NCBI GenBank assembly: GCA_036679605.1
Contig: JAZDCZ010000427.1
Coordinates: 1 to 64,000 of the forward strand
Reading direction: 5' to 3'
DNA from: Gemmatimonadota bacterium
Lineage (GTDB): Bacteria; Gemmatimonadota; Gemmatimonadetes; Gemmatimonadales; GWC2-71-9
DNA length: 64,000 nucleotides
Under the pieces are notes generated by a model. That model made no database searches and was not told the DNA's origin. It worked only from the letters and a program-made list of their open reading frames with translations. Shown here piece after piece: positions 39,846 through 49,760 of this stretch. The translations under genes and the position numbers were made by a program. Each line of letters starts with the position of its first letter. Positions within the stretch are counted from its first letter, which is position 1.

Positions 39846-41159
39846 TTAGTTGCTGCTCGCCCCCTGGTTGATCCAGTTGCGCACGATGTCGCGCAGGAGC
39901 GTGGACAGCGTGCCCGTGAGTGGCATAACGATCCCACATCCGGCCGGCTGAGTGTTGTCCATCTTCTGCATCAGGAAACTGCCGTTCGCGTTCGAGGCCA
40001 CCACCAGCGTACCACAGCTGGCCGCATTGAGAGACGGTGGCTGACCCACCAGGCCCGCCGTGGTGTTGAACGTGCTGTGGCACTGCAGACAGGTCGCCCC
40101 GAAGGTCAAACCGAACAAGAACTGCACGTTGTAGGAAAACGACGTTGCGACATCGACCGCTTGGGATGTGGCCGAGGTGAGATCTGGTGCACTGAATTGG
40201 AGTCGGTGACTTCCCGTGCCTAGCGTATCACCAGCGGCCTGGGGACCGCGAATCAATAGATCGGTGAACGTCGCCTGGCCGTTTACCGGTAGCACAGTCG
40301 TCGTTCCAATCAGGACACCGTTGCCGCTAAAGACACTTGCCGTTACGGGATCCGTCGCGGCAAACACGCGGGTCCCGGCAGTGTCACGGATCTCTACCAC
40401 AGGCTGTGTCGAAAGGGCCACGTTGGCCGTTGCACCCGCGGGTTGAGTAACGACCACCAGTTGGCCGGGGTTGCCGGTCGGCGGCGCGCTCACGGCGAAG
40501 GTCACGGCAACCGGCTGGGGGCTGTTGCCGGCCGCCGCAGATCGCACCGAGACGGTGGCGCCGTACGATCCGGGTAGCAGAGTACCGGTCGAGACCTGGA
40601 TGACCAGATCCGTAGGAGCACTGTCGGAAGCCAAAGCGGCCTGGAGCCAACCCTGAGCGGGTCCGCCGTATGCAATGGGGTCGACCGTAAGACCGTTCAG
40701 AACTCCGGGGCCTGAGTTGCTTACGGTCACCGTCTGAGACGGTGGATCGGCACCACCTGCGAAAGCGCTGATCAGTACAGTATCGGGAGTGAGCGCGATG
40801 GCGGGGGGAGCCACCACCACGGTGGCTGACCCGCTTGCTCCCTCTATCACGGCCGTCACCTTGGCGGTTCCCAAGCTCAACGCCTGTACCACTCCCCCGC
40901 TACTAATGGTGGCCACCTGCAGTGGGTCAGTAGTCCAGGAAGGGGGCCCACCGGCGACCGCGGCCACGCTCACATCTAGAGCGACCGCACTGAACGAACC
41001 GGTCTCACCAACTGCAATCAATATCGTGTCCGGAAAGACCCGAACGGCAACTATCTCTCCCGGTCCGATCGTGGGACTGTCGCCGAAGCAAGACAGCATC
41101 GAGGTCGTGGTGACACCATACAGCAAGAGCAACCACGGACGGCTTCGCAGTGCATGCAT
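39846..41159 (-). CDS. Ig-like repeat lipoprotein with C-terminal c-type cytochrome domain
   Basis: Lipobox MLSC, Ig-like domains and CLQCH ... MP ... WINQGA. Confidence 0.7.
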   Translation of the reverse strand: MHALRSRPWLLLLYGVTTTSMLSCFGDSPTIGPGEIVAVRVFPDTILIAVGETGSFSAVALDVSVAAVAGGPPSWTTDPLQVATISSGGVVQALSLGTAKVTAVIEGASGSATVVVAPPAIALTPDTVLISAFAGGADPPSQTVTVSNSGPGVLNGLTVDPIAYGGPAQGWLQAALASDSAPTDLVIQVSTGTLLPGSYGATVSVRSAAAGNSPQPVAVTFAVSAPPTGNPGQLVVVTQPAGATANVALSTQPVVEIRDTAGTRVFAATDPVTASVFSGNGVLIGTTTVLPVNGQATFTDLLIRGPQAAGDTLGTGSHRLQFSAPDLTSATSQAVDVATSFSYNVQFLFGLTFGATCLQCHSTFNTTAGLVGQPPSLNAASCGTLVVASNANGSFLMQKMDNTQPAGCGIVMPLTGTLSTLLRDIVRNWINQGASSN

Positions 41160-41178
41160 TATCTAGCGGTCCCCAACT

Positions 41179-43677
41179 TCAGTTGCGGGTTTCGGTGATG
41201 CGCCAGCCGCTCGGGCCGCGCCGCAGAGTCATGTGAAATGTGACGGGAGCAGTCTCGTTCCTACCGGACGCGGTGTTACGGAACCTGTAGGTCCCACTCA
41301 AGCCCACCTGCGCCTCATCTCCGTTAATCGCAAGGTCGCTGATTTCCAGCGCCACTCTTAGATCTTTCATGATTTCAAAAGAGTTCCTGAGGTCGCTCTC
41401 CTGCTTCGATGTGATGCCCGGGTGGATTCGCTTCACCCGCTCCATGTCATGCAACTCCAATGCACGCCCGTACAGTTGTATCACGTCCGAAATCGCTTGG
41501 CGATCGTTCACCGGGTCGGGTGTCGCCACGGTCTCCGCATTAACCATGACGGTCGCAGAGGCGATCTTCCCATCGATTTCAGCCGTAATGCTGGTCGTGC
41601 CGGCGGCGTGTGCTATCACGAGTCCGTCGGTCACGGTCGCGACATGGGCGTTGCTACTGGCCCATTTCACACTTCGTCCCGAAATCTGCGTATTGCGCGC
41701 GCTAAGGCCACTCGCCGACAACCGCACGGTTTGGCCGACCGGCATCGGGGCCGGATTCGACGGCACAATAGATACGAAAACCACCGGCTCGGGGAGTATC
41801 TCCACATTCCACGTGGCCGACTTTCCCTCGCTGGTGGCCGTGACTCTCACGGTGCCGGCCGAAACACCTGTCAATATTCCGGTTCCTGCGTCTATTCGCC
41901 CCACATTGGGATCGCTGGATCTCCACACCACACGCCTGTCCGGAAGCGGATTTCTCCCGTTATCTCTGGTTACGGCACGCAGCTGCGCCGTCGCTCCCAC
42001 CACCACCGAAGGAGGAGGATTGAAGACATTGATGGACGCCACCGCAGCCCTGGTGGTAGTTGGCTCGGACGGCCTGCTCACCACCGCGGGCCGAGCCACC
42101 ACCACCTCGGTGGTTGCCGACCGACCACCGCTGCTTGCTGTTATGATGCTGGTACCAGGTGCACGGGCGAATAACAACCCGGCGGTCGAGACCGTTGCCA
42201 CAGAGGTATCGCTCGAGGTCCACAGCAGACTCACTCCGGTGACTGCAGCGTTCGCCCCATCCAACGCCGTCGCACTCAGCTGCGCAGAGGATCCGACGCT
42301 GAGTGCACCCCGGACGGGCGACAGTTGTAAGCGCACGACGCCGGTAGGCGCGGCGACTTGAGTCGGCGACGAGTTGGCCGGAACGGGATCCGGCTTATTC
42401 TGCCACGGCGCGAGCCAAACAACCGATGCGGCAGCGGCAGCCACGACCACTCCACCTACAATCAATCCCGTTCGCCGCTTTTGCGGCGGGACCGCACCTT
42501 CTACGGAAGTGCGCGGAGCCGACGCCATCTTCACCGTCGCTGCCTCAGCGTGCGATATCGATCTCCCACCTACATCAGCGGGCCCTCCCACCGGTATCGG
42601 GCTGCGAGGCGTACTGATCCGCTTCAAGATCTCCTCGTTCGTACCCGCCTTTGCGAGGTCGATCATCTGGGTCCTCACCGGATGATCGAAGGACAGCGAG
42701 GCTTCCCCACCCAAGTTGGCTACGGCCTCTTCCATGGAGGGCCATCTATCTTCTGGTTTCTTCGCCAGCATTCGCAGTACCGTGGCGGGGAAAGGCTCTG
42801 GACAGTCGCCCCTTATCTCCGTCACTTCCGGCGGCGGCTCATTACAATGCAGGTACATGATTGTCATCACCGTTTCGGCATCGAACAGCGGCTTCCCCGT
42901 CAACATCTCGTACGCCACCACGCCGAGTGAGTACTGGTCCGACGCACCCGTGATTTTCCCCGCCATACACTGCTCGGGGCTCATGTAAGTCGGCGTTCCG
43001 ATTGTCGCACCGGTCATCGTCAAGCCCTGCTGGTCGGCAACCTTGGCGATGCCGAAGTCGGTCAACACCGGCATTCCCTCGACATCGATCATGATATTGG
43101 CCGGCTTTATATCACGATGCACGACCCCGTTCCTGTGGCCGTACCCGAGGGCTTCACCCATCTTGCCGAGAATCGTTTGTACCATTGGTATGGGAAGAGG
43201 CCCAACTTCTTTGATAATCGAATCCAGCGGCCGCCCTTCGACGAACTTCATAACAAAGAACAGGAGTCCTTTGGTCTCCCGCACCGCATAGATGGGAATG
43301 ATGTGGGGATGGCTGAGCGAGGCAGCCGTACGCGCCTCCAATTTGAACCGTTCGATCATTCCCTCGCCCTCCAACAGCGCCGGGGACATGACCTTGATAG
43401 CCACTTTGCGATCCAGTTGGATATCGTGTGCGAGGAAAACCGTGGCCATGCCACCCTGGCCCAGCTCGGCGAGGATCTCGTAGTCGCCGAGCGTCGCATC
43501 TCGCAAAGCGTCCATGACGGTACGCTGGAACACGGCGGTGGCATCTCCGCCCGCCTGCATCTGCTCGGTCCCCAACGGGGTTTGCGGACCTGATACGTCA
43601 TTCCCACATTGCTTGCAAAACCGCGAGTCGGGTTCGATCGCCGCCCCACAACGCGTGCAGGTTACGCCAGTAGCCAT
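41179..43677 (-). CDS. Ser/Thr kinase with zinc ribbon, TM helix and extracellular Ig-like (Big_2) repeats
   Basis: CTRC..FCKQC, LGQGGMA, HRDIKPAN, DFG and three W-x-S-S-D/N Ig repeats. Confidence 0.9.
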   Translation of the reverse strand: MATGVTCTRCGAAIEPDSRFCKQCGNDVSGPQTPLGTEQMQAGGDATAVFQRTVMDALRDATLGDYEILAELGQGGMATVFLAHDIQLDRKVAIKVMSPALLEGEGMIERFKLEARTAASLSHPHIIPIYAVRETKGLLFFVMKFVEGRPLDSIIKEVGPLPIPMVQTILGKMGEALGYGHRNGVVHRDIKPANIMIDVEGMPVLTDFGIAKVADQQGLTMTGATIGTPTYMSPEQCMAGKITGASDQYSLGVVAYEMLTGKPLFDAETVMTIMYLHCNEPPPEVTEIRGDCPEPFPATVLRMLAKKPEDRWPSMEEAVANLGGEASLSFDHPVRTQMIDLAKAGTNEEILKRISTPRSPIPVGGPADVGGRSISHAEAATVKMASAPRTSVEGAVPPQKRRTGLIVGGVVVAAAAASVVWLAPWQNKPDPVPANSSPTQVAAPTGVVRLQLSPVRGALSVGSSAQLSATALDGANAAVTGVSLLWTSSDTSVATVSTAGLLFARAPGTSIITASSGGRSATTEVVVARPAVVSRPSEPTTTRAAVASINVFNPPPSVVVGATAQLRAVTRDNGRNPLPDRRVVWRSSDPNVGRIDAGTGILTGVSAGTVRVTATSEGKSATWNVEILPEPVVFVSIVPSNPAPMPVGQTVRLSASGLSARNTQISGRSVKWASSNAHVATVTDGLVIAHAAGTTSITAEIDGKIASATVMVNAETVATPDPVNDRQAISDVIQLYGRALELHDMERVKRIHPGITSKQESDLRNSFEIMKDLRVALEISDLAINGDEAQVGLSGTYRFRNTASGRNETAPVTFHMTLRRGPSGWRITETRN

Positions 43678-43969
43678 TACCGGGAGAGACTCAAAAGTGA
43701 CAATTCAATACTCAACGGCCAAGGAAAACTGCGATATTGGCTTCTCACCACTACGCTAAGATAATCGCTGAACGTCGACTCGGCCAATATCCCGAAGCTG
43801 CGCGCGTCGGAGCGCCGCGCCTCGTGCACTGGTCGCGGCTCTAAGAGATACACAATACCTTGAGGTACAAAGTCAACAGTTCGAGTCAGCTCTGCGTAGT
43901 TCACATTGACTCCCGTTTTGAGCGATCTTGCAACTCAAGCCACGCAAGCCCCTGAACAATGAGCGGAAC

Positions 43970-46744
43970 ATGAAGAACCCACTCCTGTCCGGCAGTTCTC
44001 CAATGCTGGTCGCGGTGTGCGCTGCTGCCGCGGCACTCGGCGCACCTTCGAGCGCCCTGGCACAACAAGACACATGGGCACTGACCAACGTCAGAGTCAT
44101 CACCGTTTCTGGCAACCCGATTGCAAACGGGACCGTGATCGTGCGCAACGGCCTCATAGTCGAGGTTGGAGCGTCGGTGACGATTCCACCCGATGCCCGA
44201 GTGTTGGATCTCGAAGGCAAGACAGTTTACCCGGGCCTAATAGATGCTGCCTCAGGCGCTGCTCTGCGGCGGCCACAGCAGCGCCGTCAGACGGGCGGAT
44301 TCGGCGGCGGGTTTGGCGGACAGCGCGATACTTCACGGTACCAGGGGCTGGACCCCGATCGCGTGATAGGGGATGAACTGCGCCCCGACGATCCATCGGT
44401 CGCGGCCTGGCGTAAGGTGGGGGTTACCACGGCACTCGTAGCACCCAACCGCGGCGCCTACCGCGGTCAGAGCGCGCTGATAAATCTCCGGGGCGACGCG
44501 CCGGGCGAGATGGTCATACGCTCGCCGGTTGCACTTCACATGGGATTCGAAGGTGTGCGCGGCCGGTACCCGTCCACGTTGATGGGTGTCCTGTCTTACC
44601 AGCGCCAGACAATGCTGGACGCTCAGAATTTGGCCAAGAACCTCGCCCGCTACGAGCGGAACCCCAATGGCATCGAGCGGCCCGACCTCGATCCCAAAAG
44701 CGAGGCGCTCGTTCCCTACGCTACGGGCCGGGCCTTGGTGGTGATCGACGCAGGCCAGAACAGATACATCCGTCGTGCAGTCAAGCTGGCCCACGAATTC
44801 GGCCTCAACTACATGCTTTCAGGAGTCGGTGAGGGCTGGCAGACCCTTGATCTTCTCAAGGCGGAGCGACGCGCCGTCATGGTTTCGGTGGACTTTGAAG
44901 AAGCTTCTACGATGACCGGCCGGTCGTTTTTCTACACCCGGCAGGGCGAGCCACCATCCGACGATGACCTACAGTGGCTGGTGCAGCACAATCCCGCTGC
45001 ACTCGATTCGGCGGGCATCAACTTCGCCCTTACCTCCGGTAGCGGAGCGGTGGCGGCATCAGGTTTTGCGGAGGCAGTCCGCAAGGCCATCGCGGCCGGC
45101 CTCGCTCAGGACGCGGCCGTACGGGCCGTGACCCTGGCGCCCGCAGAGATACTCGGAGTATCCGACAGGCTGGGCTCGGTAGAAGAAGGAAAGATCGCCA
45201 ATCTGTTGATCGCGTCGGGCGATCTTTTCGCGGATTCCACCAACATCGAAGCTGTGTTCGTCGATGGCGAGCGCTTTGTCGTCGATCGAAGCCCGGCAGA
45301 TTCGGGTAGCGGCCGTTCGGTTGCCCGTGGTCGTGGCCGCTTCGGCGCCGGGGCACGCGGGGCAGGAAGAGGTCGCGGACGCTTCGGTGGACGAGCAGAA
45401 GAGGCTCAAGATTCGACGGAGGAGGACTCGGCCCCTGCCGTGCATCCGTCATTGCCGACTGCACCGTCGGAGGTCCCTAGGGCGCGCCTAGTGGCAATAG
45501 CCAACGCCACGGTGGTGACCGCATCTCACGGTACTCTTGAGAACGCCACGATCGTGGTGCGCGACGGCAAGATCGCGGAGATCGGCACAGACGTGGCGGT
45601 ACCCAGAGGTGCAGATGTAATCGACGCGTCCGGCAAATACGTTATCCCCGGAATAATCGACTCGCATTCCCACATGGCGATCGAGGGCGGCATCAACGAG
45701 GGCACCGACAATCTGACGCCCCAGGTCCGAGTGGATGACGAGGTCAGGCATGACGACATGCAGATCTGGCGAGCGTTGGCCGGTGGTGTTACGACGGCGC
45801 ATCTGCTACACGGCTCGGCCAACTCCATCGGTGGGCAGGACGCGGTCATCAAGTTGCGCTGGGGAATGAATCCCGATCAGATGCTGGTCGATGGCGCGCC
45901 ACGAGGAATCAAGTTTGCGTTGGGCGAGAACCCCAAGCGCTCCAGAGCCGCTGGAGTCCGTGGTGCTACCCGCCGGTTCCCCGCCACACGAATGGGTGTC
46001 GAGTACAGCATTGCTGAGGCGTTCCAACGGGCCATAGCCTATCAAAAGGAGTGGACTAGCTACGAAGCGGACGCTAAGCGCGCGAAGAGGGGGCAAGCGC
46101 CGCTGGAGCCGCGCCGCGATCTGTTCCTCGAGACGCTGGTCGGCATATTGGACGGCACCATCCGCGTGCACAGCCACAGCTACAGATCCGACGAGATCCT
46201 GATGTTGATGCACTTGGCTGATTCCCTTGGTTTCCAGATCGGCACTTTCCAGCACGTGCTGGAGGGATACAAGGTGGCCGACGAGATCGCGGCTCACGGG
46301 GCAGGTGCCAGCACGTTCGCCGACAATTGGGCTTACAAGCTCGAGGCATATGATGCGATTGCTTACAATGCCGCCCTCATGACGCAGCGTGGCGTGAGGG
46401 TTTCGATCAACTCGGACAGCGGAGAGCGGATCCGAAGATTGCTGCAGGAGGCCGCCAAGGCGATGAAGTACGGCGGCGTCTCAGAAGAGGAAGCCATTCG
46501 GATGGTGACGCTCAACCCAGCCATGGACATCGCCATGGGGGACAGGCTCGGTAGCATAGACGTCGGCAAAGATGCCGACATCGTGATCATGTCGGGCCAT
46601 CCGTTTCATCCACAGAGTAAGGTCGAGAAGACGCTGATAGACGGTATCGTCTACTTCGACATTGACACGGCACCGCGACTGGAAGACCTCATACGGCGCC
46701 AGAAGAGCAAGAACGAGCGGGTAACGAGCGGAGGTGGACGATGA
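43970..46744 (+). CDS. Secreted two-domain amidohydrolase-family protein
   Basis: VYPGLID; PGIIDSHSH; HSYRSDE; GSIDVGKDADIV. Confidence 0.85.
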   Translation: MKNPLLSGSSPMLVAVCAAAAALGAPSSALAQQDTWALTNVRVITVSGNPIANGTVIVRNGLIVEVGASVTIPPDARVLDLEGKTVYPGLIDAASGAALRRPQQRRQTGGFGGGFGGQRDTSRYQGLDPDRVIGDELRPDDPSVAAWRKVGVTTALVAPNRGAYRGQSALINLRGDAPGEMVIRSPVALHMGFEGVRGRYPSTLMGVLSYQRQTMLDAQNLAKNLARYERNPNGIERPDLDPKSEALVPYATGRALVVIDAGQNRYIRRAVKLAHEFGLNYMLSGVGEGWQTLDLLKAERRAVMVSVDFEEASTMTGRSFFYTRQGEPPSDDDLQWLVQHNPAALDSAGINFALTSGSGAVAASGFAEAVRKAIAAGLAQDAAVRAVTLAPAEILGVSDRLGSVEEGKIANLLIASGDLFADSTNIEAVFVDGERFVVDRSPADSGSGRSVARGRGRFGAGARGAGRGRGRFGGRAEEAQDSTEEDSAPAVHPSLPTAPSEVPRARLVAIANATVVTASHGTLENATIVVRDGKIAEIGTDVAVPRGADVIDASGKYVIPGIIDSHSHMAIEGGINEGTDNLTPQVRVDDEVRHDDMQIWRALAGGVTTAHLLHGSANSIGGQDAVIKLRWGMNPDQMLVDGAPRGIKFALGENPKRSRAAGVRGATRRFPATRMGVEYSIAEAFQRAIAYQKEWTSYEADAKRAKRGQAPLEPRRDLFLETLVGILDGTIRVHSHSYRSDEILMLMHLADSLGFQIGTFQHVLEGYKVADEIAAHGAGASTFADNWAYKLEAYDAIAYNAALMTQRGVRVSINSDSGERIRRLLQEAAKAMKYGGVSEEEAIRMVTLNPAMDIAMGDRLGSIDVGKDADIVIMSGHPFHPQSKVEKTLIDGIVYFDIDTAPRLEDLIRRQKSKNERVTSGGGR

Positions 46745-48021
46745 AAAACGGAACGAGACTCACAGTGTTGGCAGCCGCGTTGCTGCTTGGAGGTACATGG
46801 ACTAGCGCGACGGCCCAAACTGTTGCGATCCGTGGCGCGACGATCGTTCCGGTCACGGGGCCGCAGGTCGAAAACGGGACTATCGTAATGCAAGATGAAA
46901 AGATCATCGCTATGGGATCGAACGTCACGATCCCGGCCGGTGCCCGAGTAATAGAGGCGAGTGGCAAGTATGTCTACCCCGGAATGATCAACGCATGGAC
47001 CCAGATCGGGCTGAACGAGATAGGCTCGGTAGCGGGAGGCAACGACGTACGGGAAATAGGTGACTACAATCCCGCCGTGGCCACGGTCGTGGCGATCAAC
47101 CCTCATTCAGAAATGGTGCCGGTGGCTCGGGCTAACGGGATCACCAGTGTGCTGAGCGGACCCTCCGGTGGCAGGATCTCTGGTGTCGCGACGATGATCG
47201 ACCTGGATGGCTGGACTCCTCAGGAGATGGCGGTCGAGCCGCTGGCGGCTTTGGTCGTCAACTATCCGCGGTTCGGCACCGGCGGTCGCGGAGGGTTTGG
47301 CGGGTTCCGCCGACCACAGGGCTCGGAGGAGGAGCGGCGCCGCACGGCCGAGCGGCAGGTGAAGGAGCTAAAAGATTACTTCGAGCAGGCCAAGAGTTAT
47401 GCAGAGCGCAAAGGTCGCAACGCGTTGCCCCAGATGGATCGGCAGATGGAGGCGATGGTGGCAGCGGTCCGTGGCGAGATGCCTGTCATGATTGCGGCCA
47501 ACTCCGACGAGGAAATACTCGGCGCGATCGAGCTGGCCGAGGAGTTCGACCTCGACTACGTGATATCGGGTGGAAGAGAGGCCTGGAAAGTTGTCGACTC
47601 GCTCGCCGCCAAGAACGTTCGCCTCGTGTTCTCACAGGTCCTATCGAGCCCCCGCGGTGATGATCCGTTTGACGCCGTATACGCGCAACCAGGCGTGCTG
47701 GCGGATAGGGGAGTCAAGTTCGCGTTTTCGACCGGTGACTATGCCAACTCGCGGAACCTGCCGTACAACGCCGCAAAGGCGACGGCCTATGGTCTGGATC
47801 CCGAGACCGCGCTAAAGGCCCTTACCATCTGGCCCGCCGAGTTCTTCGGAGTCGATGATAGGTTGGGGAGCTTGGAGGTCGGTAAACAGGCCGATCTGTT
47901 CATTTCGGACGGCGACCCCCTGGACGTTAGGACCAACATCGAGGCAGTGTTCATTCGCGGACACGAGGTCGACATCGCGACCAGGCATACGCGGTTGTAC
48001 GACAAGTTCAGGGCTCGGTAA
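46741..48021 (+). CDS. Secreted amidohydrolase-family protein (partner subunit)
   Basis: VYPGMIN and GSLEVGKQADLF. Overlaps the upstream stop. Confidence 0.85.
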   Translation: MKNGTRLTVLAAALLLGGTWTSATAQTVAIRGATIVPVTGPQVENGTIVMQDEKIIAMGSNVTIPAGARVIEASGKYVYPGMINAWTQIGLNEIGSVAGGNDVREIGDYNPAVATVVAINPHSEMVPVARANGITSVLSGPSGGRISGVATMIDLDGWTPQEMAVEPLAALVVNYPRFGTGGRGGFGGFRRPQGSEEERRRTAERQVKELKDYFEQAKSYAERKGRNALPQMDRQMEAMVAAVRGEMPVMIAANSDEEILGAIELAEEFDLDYVISGGREAWKVVDSLAAKNVRLVFSQVLSSPRGDDPFDAVYAQPGVLADRGVKFAFSTGDYANSRNLPYNAAKATAYGLDPETALKALTIWPAEFFGVDDRLGSLEVGKQADLFISDGDPLDVRTNIEAVFIRGHEVDIATRHTRLYDKFRAR

Positions 48022-48211
48022 TATCGGAGGCCTCGGCCACGCACTTTAGGGCGTAGCGCATCGCCTGACCCAGGAGCGCCGGCGGGTGCCCTTCGAGGAA
48101 CGGTTCAGGGGGATCTACGTAGAGCCAGAAGATCTCCATGCACTGTTCGTCGCTGAGTTCGTCGATCCAGGCGGTACCTGATTGGTTGTCCGATGTTCCA
48201 GTTTTGGCCAT
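48008..48211 (-). CDS. Small hypothetical protein
   Basis: 67-aa ORF with a purine-rich upstream region and no recognisable motif. Confidence 0.35.
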   Translation of the reverse strand: MAKTGTSDNQSGTAWIDELSDEQCMEIFWLYVDPPEPFLEGHPPALLGQAMRYALKCVAEASDITEP

Positions 48212-48408
48212 CCTCTGCCCTCCCAACCCCTAGTTCGAGCCAACATTACACTGTCGCCTGGTCAAAGACGCTCCTCTAATCTTCCACCCGACAAGCGAAG
48301 CCCGCAATGCTCCGTTCCGTCGGCGCACATTGACCATGTGAACCAGAGAGAGCATTATCTGCGATTGACGCATCATACCCTCTTCTTCAGGGACCACACG
48401 ATAGACGC

Positions 48409-49710
48409 ATGAAAGTAGCTATCCTCGGCGCTGGCACTGCAGGATTCATGGCTGCCACGCATCTTTCACGGCACTTTCCGGAAATCGAGTTGATCCATAT
48501 CTTCGACCCGAAGATAGGAACTATCGGCGTCGGGGAAGGAACGACGCCGGGTTTCCGATCCTGGTTGGCCCAGATAGCCCCCGTGGAATTCAAAACACTG
48601 AAGGGGGAATGTTACGCGACCGAGAAGCGTGGCATTCGATTTGAAAACTGGGGCAAAACGAATGAATTATTTTACAACGATTTTTTCCCTCGTGACCGTA
48701 GCGGATTACATATCTCTGCAGCACACCTTGTCACCTTCCTATCGACGTATGTCAACGTCGACCCGACCGCGGGACATGTCACAAGGTTGGAAGACCTAGG
48801 GGATTCGGTAGTAGTAGAAGTAGCTGGAGCGCCCAGCCTCACGGTGGATCTGGTTATCGACGCCCGCGGATTTCCCCGAGTCTTAGACCCGACCCAGCAT
48901 CTTCGGCTCAATTGGATTCCAACCAACGCCGCGCTAGTGACTGCGGGACCGCCGGTCGATAGCACCGAACGCACTCGTGCCGTAGCCCGGTCGCATGGCT
49001 GGGTTTTCGTCATTCCCCTCACCCAGCATACGTCCTACGGTTATGTATGCAGCGAAGACTGTGTTGAGATCCAAGAGGTTGAGAACGATTTCTCGCTCTT
49101 TCTCAAGTCGGAGAGCGTGGCGCGGCACGACAGGCCCCGGTGCATTCGATTTCCCAATTTCGTGTGCCGAGAGCCGTTCCAAGGACGGGTTTGCAAGATC
49201 GGCAATGCAGCCTCGTTCATTGAGCCGCTCGAGGCAACCTCGATCGCCGTGGTGAAGGCCCAGTTGGAACTTCTTACTCCGTGGCTTAGGTTGTCCAGGC
49301 TTGGCTACAAAGGTCCAGTGGACGGGAAACTGGTGGCCCACATCAGCGGCGAGATGCGCGAACTCGTGCTCGAGTTGTCGTTGTTCGTAGCCTGGCATTA
49401 TGGAATGGGATCCACATTCGAGACCCGGTTCTGGGAGCTTGCAAGATCACGATTCCAGCAGGGGCTGCTCGAAACCGCATCAGACGAGTGTCGGCGGAAG
49501 TTCGATACTCACATGAAGCACGCGTCGCAGGTCCCCGTAGAGAAACTCGATCTCATACAAACCAGCAACGACCTCGACCACGTCATACCAGAGCACGTAT
49601 CGTTTCCGAAACCCTTCGGCGGTATGTCGCCGATCGGATTTGCCCAACTCTCACGCGGCATCGGCGATGTAGATAGGCTCTCCATAAAGGATTCGCTCGC
49701 ACCGGCTTAG
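48409..49710 (+). CDS. Flavin-dependent (tryptophan-halogenase-family) enzyme
   Basis: GAGTAG, IGVGEGT, conserved Lys (EKRGIRFENWG), GWVFVIPL and GNAASFIEPLEAT. Confidence 0.85.
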   Translation: MKVAILGAGTAGFMAATHLSRHFPEIELIHIFDPKIGTIGVGEGTTPGFRSWLAQIAPVEFKTLKGECYATEKRGIRFENWGKTNELFYNDFFPRDRSGLHISAAHLVTFLSTYVNVDPTAGHVTRLEDLGDSVVVEVAGAPSLTVDLVIDARGFPRVLDPTQHLRLNWIPTNAALVTAGPPVDSTERTRAVARSHGWVFVIPLTQHTSYGYVCSEDCVEIQEVENDFSLFLKSESVARHDRPRCIRFPNFVCREPFQGRVCKIGNAASFIEPLEATSIAVVKAQLELLTPWLRLSRLGYKGPVDGKLVAHISGEMRELVLELSLFVAWHYGMGSTFETRFWELARSRFQQGLLETASDECRRKFDTHMKHASQVPVEKLDLIQTSNDLDHVIPEHVSFPKPFGGMSPIGFAQLSRGIGDVDRLSIKDSLAPA

Positions 49711-49760
49711 GTCGATTCGCGATCACGGAGGCTCACCCCAAGACAGTGGACTCAAGATAG

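Noticed and set aside
41369..42361. Long antisense ORFs (this one, and e.g. 25846-26637, 27014-27862, 54935-55663)
   Set aside because: They are shadows of well-supported genes on the opposite strand in GC-rich DNA and carry no motifs.
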